Assembly: GCA_963976765.1 (NCBI GenBank)
Contig: CAXBME010000005.1
Coordinates: forward strand, 186,001 to 250,000
Source: an uncultured Planctomycetaceae bacterium
GTDB lineage: Bacteria > Planctomycetota > Planctomycetia > Planctomycetales > Planctomycetaceae
Length of the DNA stretch: 64,000 nucleotides
Reading direction: 5' to 3'
The stretch's first letter is position 1. Each line of letters begins with the position of its first letter. The notes beneath the pieces were generated by a model. It worked only from the letters and a program-made list of their open reading frames with translations. It had not been told where the DNA came from and searched no databases. This document shows positions 61,790-64,000 of this stretch, piece by piece. Both the position numbers and the translations under genes were made by a program.

Positions 61790-62128
61790 ATGCCCCGGAT
61801 GAAGAAAGCCGCAGCAGTTAAGCCAAAGGCGCTCACGAAAAGCCAGGTTCTGAACAGTCTCGCAGAGTCAAGTGGCCTCGCGAAGAAGGAAGTTCAGTCT
61901 GTTCTTGACGCACTCACCGGACTGATCGGCGATTCGGTCAAAAAGAATGGTCCGGGATCTTTCACGATTCCTGGTCTGTGCAAGATCGTCGTCAAAGACA
62001 AACCTGCACGTCCAGCCAAGAAACACGTCTGGGTTCCGCTTGTTAAGGAATACCGCGACATTCCAGCCAAGCCAGCTTCAAAGACAGTCAAAGTGACTCC
62101 ACTGAAAGCTCTGAAAGACATGGTCTAA
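61790..62128 (+). CDS. HU-family DNA-binding protein
   Basis: LTKSQVLNSLAE..GLAKKEV, FTIPGL, PAKPASKTVKVTPLKALKDMV. Confidence 0.9.
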   Translation: MPRMKKAAAVKPKALTKSQVLNSLAESSGLAKKEVQSVLDALTGLIGDSVKKNGPGSFTIPGLCKIVVKDKPARPAKKHVWVPLVKEYRDIPAKPASKTVKVTPLKALKDMV

Positions 62129-62197
62129 GACCTGATCTTTTTGGGGTGTTGCTTCAGGCTCTGAACACAGGTGTCTGAAGATGACAGCCGACGAATT

Positions 62198-62238
62198 AAA
62201 AAACGCCGTGTCTCAGTAACGAGCCACGGCGTTTTTTT
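62198..62238. terminator. Bidirectional intrinsic terminator
   Basis: AAAAAACGCCGTG...CACGGCGTTTTTTT between convergent genes. Confidence 0.85.
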
Positions 62239-62342
62239 GTTGGATGCTCTGTCTCGGATAGGAATTGAATCGTGCAAAAGAAAACGGCCAGCAGATCAAC
62301 CGATCGGCTGGCCGAGTTAACTTAAACAATCATCCGTCAGCT

Positions 62343-62723
62343 TTACGTGGTCTGACGACGAACTCGACGACGAACGTCGGTTTCCAGAACGCCGAAAGCC
62401 TGCTCGTGACGTTGCAGAGCCATCGAAAGGGCGCTCAACAGACGCTTGGCTGTAAAGTGGTTCATAATGATCCGCTGCGTGACCGGAACCTTGACTTCGC
62501 CAGTGGCGTACGGATTCGGGTTGAGGCCCAGATCCAGAATCAGTTCTTCCGGAGTGCTCGAAACTCGGCAGAAGTTGGCGTAACCGGCAGCGACGTTTGA
62601 GTCGTCGACGATCAGTGTCTGCTGTGCCTGAGCGGCTGCGGCTGCAGCCGGCGCTTCGGCCGTTGCTACTGCAGCATCGTCAGCCTTCTTGTTTTCTGCT
62701 GGTGCTTCGTCTTTTTTCGCCAC
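62343..62723 (-). CDS. DUF3467 domain protein
   Basis: [21 protein letters not shown]...[14 protein letters not shown]...LQRHEQAFG; start GTG 62723 (GGAG) or ATG 62744. Confidence 0.85.
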   Translation of the reverse strand: MAKKDEAPAENKKADDAAVATAEAPAAAAAAQAQQTLIVDDSNVAAGYANFCRVSSTPEELILDLGLNPNPYATGEVKVPVTQRIIMNHFTAKRLLSALSMALQRHEQAFGVLETDVRRRVRRQTT

Positions 62724-63111
62724 TGTGCTTGCTCCCTGATACATGCGTCGCTCGCGAGAGTCGACTCAATCTGTTGCGCCCCGGCTCCAGTTAACAATCT
62801 GCAGCTAAGTCAATCGGGTAACAACGGGTGAAAACTAACGCCGATTCAACAAGTGAATCAACGGCAATCCTGTTGAGTTCAAAGTTACAAACGTCCCTCA
62901 CCGTAAGGGAGAGAGAAAGGGTGGAATAGGTATGGTTTCAGCCTGCGAGTTGCGGTCGAAATAGTTTACAGCAAGCGGCTGAACGCCCGGATTTCGACGA
63001 TTCGATGCAAACTGGCATCATTTATGTGCGGTATGACGACCTGCCGGGTGATTCGGTTCCCAAACTCTCCTGGTTGTAGACACAAACTGCGGATTTGAAT
63101 CGCGATGCCGG

Positions 63112-63999
63112 TCAGGCCACACGTTGAGACTTGTTCGAGTGATAGAGACGCTGATAGATCGCACAAGTTTTCAATAGTTCTTCATGAGTGCCGATCGCTG
63201 CAACGCATCCAGAATCCATCACGACGATGCGCGTGACAAGGTCAAGGAATGTGTCGTTGATGACGTGAGTAATGACGAAGACGGTGCGTCCTTTGACAAA
63301 CTGCTTCAGCACTTTATGGATGATGTGTTCGCTCTGTGAGTCGAGTGCCGAGGTCGCTTCATCAAGGATCAGGATTGATGGATCGCGCAGGATTGCTCGT
63401 GCCAGTGCGATTCGTTGACGCTGCCCGCCGGATAGCTTCTGCCCTTTTTCGCCAATCTGCGTCGCAAAGCCGGCTGGAAGGTGGGAGACAAACGGAATCA
63501 CGTGAGCCTGCTTGGCGGCCTCTTCGACTTCTTCCCAGGTTGCATCAGGTTTGCTGTATTTGATGTTCTCAGCAATCGTATCGTCGAAGAGTTGAGTTTC
63601 CTGCGTCACGATACCGATCTGGCTGCGCAGATCATGACTTCGAATCTGCCGCACATCGACACCGTCAATCAGCACCGCTCCCTGATCAGGATCCATGAAC
63701 CGGGGCAGCATGTTCAGCAGCGTTGACTTGCCAGAACCGTTTTCGCCGATGACGGCGACGACTTCGCCTGCCGGAACGGTAACGCTGACATTTCGCAGTG
63801 CTGGCGGTCGAGCGTTTCCATCGACGGCCTCCTGCGAATAGGTGAATGAGACGTTTTCGAAGCGGATATCTCTGCTGTGTCGACCGACAATTTGAGGTTC
63901 TTTGGGCTCTGGGACTTTGGTCTTTTCATTCAGAATTTCGAAAATCCGGTCTGACGCGGCGGCTGATCGCTTGAGGTCGCCATAGACTGACGACAGTTT
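63112..63999 (-). CDS. ABC transporter fused permease/ATPase (MsbA-like), 5'-partial
   Basis: Frame open to the window edge (KLSSVYGDLKRSAAASDRIFE); GENGSGKST, LSGGQRQR, ILDEATSALD. Confidence 0.92.
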   Translation of the reverse strand, partial: KLSSVYGDLKRSAAASDRIFEILNEKTKVPEPKEPQIVGRHSRDIRFENVSFTYSQEAVDGNARPPALRNVSVTVPAGEVVAVIGENGSGKSTLLNMLPRFMDPDQGAVLIDGVDVRQIRSHDLRSQIGIVTQETQLFDDTIAENIKYSKPDATWEEVEEAAKQAHVIPFVSHLPAGFATQIGEKGQKLSGGQRQRIALARAILRDPSILILDEATSALDSQSEHIIHKVLKQFVKGRTVFVITHVINDTFLDLVTRIVVMDSGCVAAIGTHEELLKTCAIYQRLYHSNKSQRVA

Positions 64000-64000
64000 T

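Overview
Chromosomal segment of a GC-rich bacterium (roughly 55-60% GC by eye). Its gene content strongly suggests Planctomycetota: DUF1501 plus DUF1549/DUF1553, a 'planctomycete extracellular' LExRxLL motif, a very large PQQ-like propeller protein, and DUF3467. Main blocks in order: (1) ABC exporter, tandem-ModA/modBC, MoaD/ThiS and a HesA-like E1; (2) small housekeeping genes; (3) DUF1501, an ECF sigma factor, an anti-sigma-like DUF1549/1553 fusion, alpha-2-macroglobulin and an esterase; (4) an RTX/cyclophilin surface protein, a putative beta-barrel and an orphan MT-A70 methyltransferase; (5) rpmF-plsX-fabD-asd-lysA; (6) a DHDPS-family aldolase, sppA, a sodium:solute symporter and STAS/RsbW; (7) tRNA-Asn carrying a ~3-kb decayed integrative element with a broken IS3; (8) serC, the propeller protein, a lactonase-like lipoprotein, an amidohydrolase, trpD, a redoxin, HU, DUF3467 and a partial ABC transporter. 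Several families of REP-like palindromes sit in intergenic spaces. Two real genes are below the ORF-track cutoff (rpmF and a 51-aa membrane protein). Best leads: a DHDPS-family aldolase with an apparent microcompartment encapsulation peptide, the anti-sigma/DUF1549-1553 fusion beside DUF1501, a non-nif HesA/mod/sulfur-carrier cluster, and a ~195-nt nested RNA-like structure at 55.8-56.0 kb. No CRISPR array or rRNA was seen. All family calls come from motif recognition by eye; no searches were run.
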